From: Epithemia pelagica
Lineage: Eukaryota > Protista > Bacillariophyta
DNA: 64,000 nt
Direction of reading: 5' to 3'
Assembly: GCA_946965045.2 (NCBI GenBank)
Contig: OX337231.1
Location: 3,100,001-3,164,000 of the forward strand
Positions 22,354-32,700 of the stretch are shown here, one piece after another. The notes under the pieces are model-generated. The model made no database searches, was not told the origin of the DNA, and saw only the letters and a list, made by a program, of their open reading frames with translations. The first letter of the stretch is position 1. Each line of letters begins with the position of its first letter. Position numbers and translations under genes: made by a program.

Positions 22354-24414
22354 TTACGACACCCCCAGAGAATATTTGAGGACCTTATCAAAGAGTGCAC
22401 GTTTGGTGGAACGAGGCGTCATCATTGTAAGGGGTCTAAGGACATGAGTATTGAGAAAACCCAAAAGGCTACCACCTTCTGGTTGACCCAGCGCCTGAAC
22501 AAGCTCAGTGGCTCGAAGAAGGCAGATCAACCGATCCATTCGCGCCTCGTGACGAATCTTGAGCTGATCACGTAGTACTGCAAAAATAGCCAATTCCAAC
22601 AAACCGCGAAATGTTCAAGATGAGTCGATATAAACACATAAAAAACAACTGTGAAATGTTTCCCAACACAAATTATCAACAACAGTGACCAACGTACCGT
22701 TTGGATCAAAGGCCAAAGGTGGCGGAGGGGCGGCTTCGGGAGCGACAAGTGCTTTTCGCAACGTGTCATGCAAATTGGCACTTCCTTCCATGGCGACGGT
22801 AAATCCCTGGGCTAAGATTGGATCAATTGTCATGTATGCATCTCCCAAGAAGACAATGGCAGGCCCGGGCCCTCCCGCATAGAGGAGCTCAGGGCTAGTT
22901 GATGCTGTTCCTGTCGAAGGGTCCATGGCAGCCTCAGCAGCTTCCAGTTGGTATTGTTTCTGCAGGATGCTATTCAAATTGACAACGGGACCCATACAAT
23001 GTCGATGAGCAATAGCACGCTCCATGAGTACAGAGTTGGGATCCGTGGCTCGAACAATGTCGTGAATGGGAGCATGCCAATCCTTGAAATGCTCCAAAAG
23101 CATATCAATGCGTTTGTGTGGATCTGATTCATGAGCAATGTTGTTATCATTCACCGTTATAAACCACACTTGGTGTTCCTGAGATTTTTTACTCTCAGAA
23201 GATGTTCCAGGTTTTGCAGAAGCTGGCTGCTGAGGAGGACATCTCATGGGAACGGTAGCAAATCTCATACTCTTTCCGGTTCCCCACGTTTGAAAGCTTA
23301 CCCTGTGATATTCATCATAGCGTGCATCTGGATCTAGTTCGTTTAATTCGTCAGTCGTAATGGGTGCATTACCTCGGAAAACAGTGTAGTTTCGATCTTG
23401 TAGACCGACAATTCGTTGGTGACTCTCCTCAGACCAAAGCTGTGACGAAGACGAAAGTGCAGAGGAAACGTCGGCAGAAGGACCTCCCACCAGACCTCCC
23501 GCAGCTGCCGAAGCAGAGGCGGAATCATGGCCACCGTATTTGCTGCGTAAGTTAGACCACGTCCCATCAGCGGCAACAATTAAGTGATAATCACGCTCCG
23601 ACTTTTCCGTGGCCGTGGGCGACAACTGCAGTTCGAGATTCGCACTCCAAGGATGCTTCGTTTGTCCCTGGCTCCACCATTCATCATGCGCTAGACCCAC
23701 CACGGAACTGTGCGCCGAGCGATGGAGCTTCAAGGTCCCTAGTTGTTGTTCCCACAGTACTGCCTTTTGCAGTGTGTGGAGTAAATCCCTTTCTCTGAGG
23801 AACAAAAGTCCAGGAAAATCTCGTCCCATGTGATCCTGCCACGTTGCTGGTAATTTGGAAATCATCAACCATTTGCCGTCGGGTTTTCGATATCCCACAT
23901 AATCCAACCACGTGGACACTTTCGGGTCTTGCGTCAGTTCTTTGTAAACGGCTTGATGACTTTGTCTGGGAGACTCTCCAAATGGGTCAAGGGCTGTGGT
24001 CCACACACCCACACCAATGTCGCGTCCACTGTTGCTGGAACTAGCATCGTAAATGTCAATGGGGGAAGCAATGTAGCCTTCTTCGACGAGTGGTGCCAAA
24101 TGAAGAGCAGCAGACAAGCCAGCGCATCCTCCACCCACAACAGCCACTCGTAGTTTGTCTCCGCGTCCTGATGCAGAAGGGACGGCGGATGAAAATAACC
24201 TCGGATATAGTTGCTTGGAAAGATTGAATCTTCTCCGAACACCAAGGCGAGGAATACTCAGTCTACGAGCACTGCTGAGCCCACAAGTTGTATACGTGGA
24301 AATCCTTGTCACATGTACAGGAGATCGGGAGCACGATACTGATCCATTCCCAACTACTACAGACTTAGGCAAGATGCGGCCGCATGGCATGCTGTTGCGT
24401 TGAAATATTCTCAT
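22354..24414 (-). CDS. FAD-dependent monooxygenase (FAD_binding_3 / aromatic hydroxylase family); 2 exons
   Basis: VAVVGGGCAGLSAA, LIVAADGTWS, FLGDAYMTIDPILAQGFTVAMEG. Intron 22697-22578 (GTACGT...TTGCAG) joins DPN-V-LRDQL in frame. Start uncertain (24414 or 24390). Confidence 0.85.
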
Positions 24415-24993
24415 AACGGTTTGGTCTGAGAAACACTTGACCATTTTCTTTTCGGTAATCCGAAGCAACAACAGCCAAGGGGCTTTCACACAGAACAAAG
24501 AGATATCTCAGAGTTGCCAAAACAAAAACAGCACCAACAAAGAACAAAGTTATACGCCTCTCAAAGGGGAATCTGGAATCTGGAAATGTCGCTCACGTCC
24601 GTCGTCCGTCCACCTTGCGCTGGCGGCGGCGCAGCAGCTGTGGATTGTAGCGACGGACACCGCGCGGGCGATGCTGTGGACTCGTGAATAATCGTGAAAA
24701 TGAATCTTGTCTCGCCCCACTCGCAGGTTTCGCCATCCGTTGATCGGTCGCTGAAATGCGACAGTGGAATTTCTCCACCTTTTGGACAACTTTCGGCGAC
24801 AAACGGTTCCAATCCGCCAACAAGCGAAGATGGACTTAACAAACGGAACAGCACAAAGCATGATCAAGTCATACGAATGTGATCATATCTCAATCACTGA
24901 GCAAAAGACAACATCGATTGATTCCTTCGAACTTGACTCGTTTGCATCGTGTCATAAACACTAATCGCTTCACAACAACACAACATTGTCATC

Positions 24994-25800
24994 ATGAATC
25001 AATTCAAGCGATGGGTCGAAAACAACAACAACAACAATGGATCGGAAGCTGAAGGTCGATATGCAACATCGTCGTCTCGTCCTTCACTCATTCGTACAAA
25101 GTGTTCATTCGATGGGAACGACGAAACATTCTCCATTGTGGCGCTCAACATGCTCTCGCGATATACCTACTTTGGTCTGACTCCGGCGGATGCAATTCGT
25201 GATACATTGGTCACACCAAGAGAACGATCATGTTTCCTGGAAGCTCTCTCGGTTCGCAAGATGTATAGCAACCAACAGCATCATCACTTGTCGCCATCCA
25301 CGGTGTCCTTAATTCAAACAGTGGATGACAACTTTGGCAGAGATCTTGTCCGGATGGTCGAGATGGAAGGGGGACCATCCGTAATGACATATACTTCTTA
25401 CGGCGCAAATAGCAATGGCTATGATCCATCCACGACCAACTCTCATTGTCCACAAAAGCAAGGCATGAGCCAACGCCACCATGGTGAACGCCGGTCCTGT
25501 CGAAACAAAAAGAGTGGCTCTTCTGGGTCCTCGGGGAAAAGGGTGCGGGCTTTCTTCTTTCCCGATTCTGGGGGTCGATTTGGCTCAGCCAAAGGCAAAT
25601 CTACTACTGTGCGGAACATTGACTGGAAGCTAGCCGAAGCTATTGAACAAGTTAGTTCGCTTAGGTTGGACGGTATGAGTACATCCCCTACGGCAACGGA
25701 GGCCAGTACGATATCTTCTTCGTCGTTGGCGTACGAGCCTCCCGCTGTTTTTGCCCAAGCAGCGCAGTTCCAGGAAGGACAATCGAACAATATGTTCTAG
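24994..25800 (+). CDS. Hypothetical protein (268 aa)
   Basis: ATG-initiated ORF with protein-like composition; no family recognised. Confidence 0.6.
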   Translation: MNQFKRWVENNNNNNGSEAEGRYATSSSRPSLIRTKCSFDGNDETFSIVALNMLSRYTYFGLTPADAIRDTLVTPRERSCFLEALSVRKMYSNQQHHHLSPSTVSLIQTVDDNFGRDLVRMVEMEGGPSVMTYTSYGANSNGYDPSTTNSHCPQKQGMSQRHHGERRSCRNKKSGSSGSSGKRVRAFFFPDSGGRFGSAKGKSTTVRNIDWKLAEAIEQVSSLRLDGMSTSPTATEASTISSSSLAYEPPAVFAQAAQFQEGQSNNMF

Positions 25801-26154
25801 AAAGGGCAGTTTTGCTGTGTTTCTGATTGGGCTAAAGGCAGAGCACATGATTAGATCGTCGGTGAATGACTATGACTATACAAAAACATTAAACATAGAA
25901 GAAAACTATCTTACGAATCATATTCTTCAGGTAGATCGTACCTTCTTGTTCTTGATCCTGGGGCTGTGGAGACGACACTTGTTGTTCAGGAAGCACCTTC
26001 AGAGTACCGAGATGGAGTAGCAACCATGCCTCGCGACGTCGACAAAAACCGAACGATCTTGGATCCAACTCGAAACCTTGATAATATTACTCCTGGATTC
26101 TCTCTCTTATTTCGATAGTGTAACCTAAAAAACAAAAACAACACAACAAAAAAT

Positions 26155-27258
26155 ATGGTCCTGTCGTCGCAGTCTATGCATGTTCGCCCGGCGACGTGCG
26201 CCAGACTGGCGTTCGAATTGGTATCTTTTTTGGTTTCTCGTGTTATGTTCTCGTTGGTCTCTTTGGGTTTGTCGTCTGTTGCCACCACTCATTCACCTCC
26301 ACCTCCAACCTCCACCTCCACCAAAGGCAATAGGGAATCAAAGATGGACGCATTCATTCTTGCCTCATTTAGCCTCTGGTGTGCCTCTGGTTTCGAACTA
26401 TCGTCACCGAAGGCGTTTACCAGATCTCGCGAACAAATGACATCATCCTATGACGCCATGCAAGCAGCACCATTGTCCTATGCATCTGTTGTGGCCCCTG
26501 TCCGGACCAAATGTTCTTGGATTCTTCATGGAAAGAATCAAGAACAGGATTCATCAGCAGATCAGAATGGATTGGAGGAGCTTAATGTGGAAGTACTTTC
26601 GGCGGACGAAGATGAGTTCTCCAGCGATGAACTCGACTGGATACCAGACCGAATTAAATCTCAGGCACGACGCCTCGAACGCCGAATACCAGCTGTTGTT
26701 GAGGACGATAGTTCGGTGGAAGATGGGAAGAAAGATCGTCCGAGCCCATACACGGACGAAGAAGAAGATATAATATCTTCCATGGGAGGGAAGGCACAAT
26801 CAAATCGTCGAGAAGCTGGATACTTGGGTGACTCTACTCTACGAGAGATCGCGATGGATTACTCCGTCCCTGTCAGCTACCTTGCCGATGTTCTTTGTAT
26901 GTGGGGCGTCTTTCCACCAATTCAAATCGATGATGTTCCATTAGGAGATATGGTAACTGGTGAACAAGCTTTTGCGATACTTGAAGCCGTCAACTCCCTT
27001 GACGTTGGTGCTCTTAATGATCGTTATTCCAACACAAACTTACGACAACTTTGTTTTGAATACGATATCGACCTTCAAGACGCGTTCTCAATGGCAGTAA
27101 AAGAAGGATGGAGTTTACCTTTTGGAGTTGAGACTTGCCTTCGGGTCGAACAAGAAGACGAACTCCTCCGTGTATTGAGACATGAAGGGAGCGAGATGAC
27201 CACTTACGACCTTGACAATGAGGATGATGAGAAGTACATGTATGGTGATCTGTCCTAG
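26155..27258 (+). CDS. Putative plastid-targeted protein with two IF2_N-like helical units
   Basis: Signal-like MDAFILASFSLWCASG-F from ATG 26344 (alternative start 26155). DSTLREIAMDYSVPVSYLADVLCMWG and NTNLRQLCFEYDIDLQDAFSMAVKEG resemble the IF2 N-terminal-type unit (from memory, not searched). Confidence 0.55.
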   Translation: MVLSSQSMHVRPATCARLAFELVSFLVSRVMFSLVSLGLSSVATTHSPPPPTSTSTKGNRESKMDAFILASFSLWCASGFELSSPKAFTRSREQMTSSYDAMQAAPLSYASVVAPVRTKCSWILHGKNQEQDSSADQNGLEELNVEVLSADEDEFSSDELDWIPDRIKSQARRLERRIPAVVEDDSSVEDGKKDRPSPYTDEEEDIISSMGGKAQSNRREAGYLGDSTLREIAMDYSVPVSYLADVLCMWGVFPPIQIDDVPLGDMVTGEQAFAILEAVNSLDVGALNDRYSNTNLRQLCFEYDIDLQDAFSMAVKEGWSLPFGVETCLRVEQEDELLRVLRHEGSEMTTYDLDNEDDEKYMYGDLS

Positions 27259-27259
27259 C

Positions 27260-28521
27260 TATGAGAGCATCTTTTTAACAGACGACGTACGAATATCGTT
27301 GTTATTGTCGAGCAGCGACATGTCGTTCACGGCAGACGTCGTCGTTGCGTGGGAGCCAGTGTTGTTGTTGAGCGGAAGTTTGAGTCATGGCTCTGGATGG
27401 AGAAGAAACTGTTGTTGTCGTTGTTGTTGCCATTTCCCAAAGTAAAATCCTGATGTGCCACTTGCATTCTCCGATTCATGCCCTCTGTGCATTCCTCCTA
27501 TGGTCAAAACAAGAACACACTCCCTGCACTGCCCTCATTGCCATTGGAGAGGACCTTTAATTGATGACTTTCACCACCTCTGGACCACTCAACATCTTGA
27601 CCCAACTCTCTCTATGCTCGCTGAACTCATCTATTCATGGCTGGCTAAGAATGTCCTACCCATTTTCCCTTCTCACACTCATACCCTACGTCTCCACCTC
27701 CTGGGCCACTCTCCAGGATCAGTACCATTTAATCCATTTCCTTCACTAAACCCGCAGTGTCTTGACATCATGTTGTTACCGGTAGTAGATAGGCGTACCT
27801 TTTTCCGGCACATGCTTTGTTTTGTTATCTCTCGCGTTGGATTGCAGGATAGAAGATAGGACACATAGCTTCCGGCATGTCAACAATGCTTTCTGTCAAC
27901 AGATCAGATGAGGAAGGAGTGCTTTCCACATCTACCCCGTTGCTGCGATTGGATGGTTCGTGATCTGGGTCAAAAGAAGCTCGGCGCAAGGATTGACTGA
28001 GCCATGTTGGCAAAGCTTGAAAGTACGCCGTAACCACATTGTAGAAGTCTGTGACACCACCGGCAGTCGACAGTGACGGCGCATTGAGCTTCACGGGTAG
28101 TCAAACGGTAGGTTGGCTTGGTTGGTTGTTGGTTCGAAGCATGCTTTCTCTCTTTGGTTGTTGTTGTTTTTGTTCCGACGAAAGTTCAGTCCTTTGTGCA
28201 GCCAAGGCGACATCAGTATGGAATATACCAAACCAGTGCCACCAGTCCTGGAGAACGAAATTCCGTTTGTTCGGATCAATGAACTTTTCTTCTCTTAAAG
28301 TGGCAAGGATTCTGTGAACAACAAGCGAAAACAAGGTGGGTTGGGGGTGAGTTTTGACGAGACAAGCAGAGAATCACAATCCACCAATCAACTGATTCAC
28401 TTCCCAAAACATGCACCGCATGAATCACACCGACAACAGCAGCAACTGCAGAAACCGAAAGTGCTAAGCTGTCATATTGATGGATGACAGCGCGACAAGA
28501 GGAAGATTCGGAAGTCGACAT
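27260..28521 (-). pseudogene. Possible degenerate or fragmented coding region
   Basis: A chain of short minus-strand ORFs in shifting frames (28521-28276, 28334-28101, 28094-27825, 27864-27679) with N/Q-codon tracts near 27300-27430; I could not build a clean spliced model. Confidence 0.25.
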
Positions 28522-28623
28522 GGCGAAATTTGTGAGCCGTTGGCAGATTTTGGATTTTGGCTGCTTTCAAAAGATGACCCATAAACAAGAGGCCTGTTGT
28601 TATCGCGAATCGCGATGGTCGGA

Positions 28624-29355
28624 GTTATAGAATACCGCTCTCGACTCTCTAGACATTAGACTATTTCCTCTAGCTATATGCGTGACGTGCGGTCAGACGT
28701 GCCACATGCCGATCAGAAGCAGGCGTTGCACCTCAACGCACGTCAATTGAACCTCAACGCATCGAGCAGCTGCTTTAGAGTACTGATCGCGCTGCTCGCC
28801 AAAACTAAGGAACTTTACGTGACTTACGCCCTACTATATTATTTACATAAAAACTTGCCAGACCGCGAGCCCACTATACAGCCGTATATATTTGCATGTC
28901 GGGCGAGCCACCGGATACCGAATGTTCCTCTCAATATTGAGAAAACAAATGGATCTCAGGCAGGCCATCCGGCCACCTGAAGAGTGTCAAAGGTAAGTCC
29001 ATCGAGTAAAGATCCAAAACAAGATACAATAGGAGAGGTGAGATCTCCCACTAGTGCACAGAACAAAAAGAACTGCTCTATGGAACAAATAGAACAAGTT
29101 CCATACCTAGAGGATCGAGGAGATCAAACCTGCTCCAAAATCACTTTTTCATCTTAGAATAAGCTCACTCTTTTTATAAACCGAAAGTTTGTAACCAAAC
29201 TGTTTGTGAAAGAGAGTCGACCTAGTTGCTGATTCGAAGGTGAGGGCCCCATCGTCGTTTCACCGCAGTAGGTTGGCTACCCGAGCTATATTGACTACCT
29301 CACCTATATCTAACACGTGTCTTTACCAACACCTAGATATCTGTTTACATTAAGT
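28624..29355 (+). repeat. 5' LTR (732 bp)
   Basis: GTTATAG...TTTACATTAAGT; no difference from 37703-38434 found by eye (offset 9079). Confidence 0.95.
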
Positions 29356-29367
29356 GGTTGCTGAGCC
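29355..29367 (+). promoter_or_regulatory. Putative primer-binding site TGGTTGCTGAGCC
   Basis: Lies directly at the 5' LTR end, starts with TGG, and matches 10/12 of TGGTAGCAGAGC (complement of a common initiator tRNA-Met 3' end). Confidence 0.7.
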
Positions 29368-29774
29368 CAAATAAGGCTGGTAAACCAGACGTTTCCTGAT
29401 CGATCGACTATTATATTACCAAGAGGGAGAACTCTATAAGGTTCACCTCTTACTACGGCATCTATACGCGCGCAAGGAGTGGACATCCCTAGCAAGGCAT
29501 CCACCCCGTAGCCACAACGGAGGAAGACCAAGACTCTCCTACCTCTAGTGGCGCTGGCAGTTTCGAACTCGTAACAGCAGAGAGTGTCGACGAGTCTGAC
29601 ACTACTCCTGACCCGAATCGGACTGACCCCACTGAGCCTCCACTCAGTATACCACCTGACCTTGCAAACACCCAGCAAGAACCCCAGCAACAGACCGCAC
29701 CTCTCCCTGGCTCTGCCCAGCAAACCGACGCGTCTCGTTCTTCCCAAAAGCGGCTGATTGTTGCTTCCAACACC

Positions 29775-32700
29775 ATGTCAGGTGAAGACTCTCCCCAACA
29801 AGACACTGATGTCTTTATGCCCGACCGTCCCAGAATGGGCGGCCTCGTTCAATCCAGCAAGGACACGTACGTCCCCTGGACCGGCGGTAAACCCAAACCA
29901 GATTGGAAAGGGTTAGACGACAAAGCCAAGGACCATCCAGTCCGCAGTCTCCAGCTACGTACCTTTACCGACAAACGGTACCTTGATCGGGTGACTGGCC
30001 CTGTAGAAAAGTTCGATAAGAAGAAAGGCGATTTTACAAGACTCCAAGATGAATTAGTCCGCCATTTCACGAAACACGGCATGGATACGATTATGTACTT
30101 ACTCGATCCACTCAGTAAGTCCTCCATGCTCAACATCGTTACCGAACACCCACGGTTCACTCACACAAAGGTTCACGAAGCAATGAAACAACAGGTGAGC
30201 AAGTATGATAAGTATGACGCCAACAACGATGCCGCGGCGCAAGACTACTTACTTGACTCATTGGATAAGACATTTCGACGGGAAGTGGAGGACCAATCCC
30301 GCGATGTTGCATCCTTTCCGGAGCTGTTCATGATCATCGTCCGGATTATTACGGACGACTCAATCGAACATTGGGAAATCGTAAAAAGTGAGATGCGTTC
30401 ATTGGACCCGCACAACTACGCCGGCCATGACATCACTGCACTTACCACCGATTTCGCCGCAAAGGCCCGATCTCTTACCGCCGCTGGTCTTTACGACCAC
30501 ACCCTCACGGCGAGCCTGCTCACAAACATTTTGAAAGCAGAATGGCCGCCGACTCCGAAGTTTTCTCTCCTGCTCCTGAACAAGTCTGTCCAGGACAGTG
30601 TCGATCACATTCGGTTTCTCGACCGTGCAGCAGCGGATCAATACATGACCACAAACAAGCTGCTCTATACGCACGTGATCGAAGAGGCAAACAGCAAATA
30701 TTGGGTTAGTGTAAAGCGCGGGGAATGGAGCGCAAAGAGCACTCACCGGGATTCCAAGGCACCACCAACATCGTATGGTGCTAACAATGCCACAGTTTCC
30801 AAGAAAGGCAAACAGACCAAGTCCATTCAAGCCAACGCTCTTGTTCAGCAAATGAACACACCCGGGAACAAGAAGACATACGTTCGTGAGAAGGGGAAGA
30901 ACAACAACAAAAACAACAAAAACAAAAACAACAATAACTTCACGAAACGTACCTCTTCCAGCGATAGCAACTGGCGCCGCATCCCTCCCAAAGAAGGGGA
31001 ACCAGAAATGCGGATGGTGGACGGAAAGCCCATGTATTGGTGCGGCAAATGCACCAACTGGAATCCAACTCACAAAACCAGTGAGCATATTGTTGGTTTC
31101 AAATCCAACAAGTCGAGTTCCAAACAGCATCAAGCAAACAAGTTAGAAATGGAACCGGCAGCATGGGCAGCATACATCGAGAAACACGGCTTTGATGATG
31201 CGAATACTTACGAAATGGTCAACAAAGAGCACTCTTGGCTCTTCGACTACGACGATTTTGAAGCAAATTGTGTTTGTGTGAAGTGTCCTCCCAACATGGA
31301 CGACGCTAAAACTGATGTGGATTGCTCCGAGACGGACGACGAGTACAACCTTTGTGCGTACAATCTTGTGGTCAATTTGACCCAAACCGTTGACACCGAA
31401 GAAGAAATGGACGATGGGTCATCAACTTCCTCGTCCCTCTTCTCATCCACTACCTTGAACCTGGTAACGCCTGATCGCATCACCTCAGCAGCATTGGAAC
31501 AAGAAGAAAAAGACAGTGAGACAACCACAAGCGACATGCAAGACTCTTCTTCTTGCAACACAACAAGCACAATCAATACCACGGAACCTACCTCAACTCC
31601 CATCGAACCTGACTTTGGAAACGAGCCAAAGTATTTCAACAAGTGGGAGGAACTGGGACCATCTCTGTCTGCCCTCGATTCTGAAGCTGTCAAATTCTCC
31701 GATTTGGAAACCCAACGTTTCCTCGAAGGTTTGTACGACAAAGAAATCCAGGCAGCAGCAGCAGTCAATGAGAGCTATGAAAGCATGGATCAAGACACAA
31801 AAGACACCAGCATGGCAAATAATGACACTTACCGTACGCCAGAAGCCAGCATGGATTTGTCCGTCGATGATATGAATGCCCCTCTCAAAATGCTGCAGCA
31901 GGGACGACCACCTAGCCTTGAAAAGAAACTCCCTGCCATCTCACCAATTCTTCCACAGCCACCGCTTCCGCCACGGCCATCAGCACCCTTTGCGCTGGCA
32001 CATCAAGCTCCGTCTCCTCCACCACAACTGCCTCCGCGACGAAAACTCACCATGCAGCAGCCAATCGCTCGTTACTCGTCTGAACAATTCGTTCTCGAAG
32101 CAGAACAGGCAAAACGTGATGGAATGAGATACGAACGTGCAGCAAAAACAGTCTTTGCTAATGCATGGCGTGAGCCAAAACTTACCGTCGCTGAAGCATA
32201 TCAGCGTGTCAAGGAAGAAGAATGGGCAATGGGATACTACGTCGATGGGACTTTGATCCCAAATCACCCTCGACCGGAACACTCCTTTCCAGGCATGTCC
32301 CCCATTCCTCCTGGACCGATGATGCCTTGCTCCAATATTCAATCGATGGACACGTCGTCCACTAGCCATCGCTTTACACCTGCATCAACACAACTCCGAA
32401 CACATCGTGAGAGTAGTGCGGACAGTTTGTCTTCTACTTCGTTTACACCCAACAACACTCTTGGGGAGAAGTACGTACCTACCGATGCAGACACAGCAAG
32501 CAGTGGTGGCGACTCAGCAAAAACTGTGCCGCTCACCAAATACTTTGCCAACATGGCATGGGTCGACGATTGTTCTAAAAATGAGACCCAAAATTTCTGG
32601 ATCAAGAATAATGAATCGGAGGGAGGTCCCCAGGACCGACAAAACGTCCCAATTGACACTATGGAAGAAACAGTATCATCCGATGAGGATTCTCTGGTAG

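Noticed and set aside
28678-28980. 100-aa ORF repeated at 37757-38059
   Set aside because: It lies wholly within the LTR, so the duplication only reflects LTR identity; it starts upstream of the TATA-like region and has no recognisable motif.
29074-29205. Small hairpins in the LTR (TATGGAAC...GTTCCATA; AGTTTG-TAAC-CAAACT)
   Set aside because: Short stems of 6-8 bp cannot be distinguished from chance without folding and covariation analysis.
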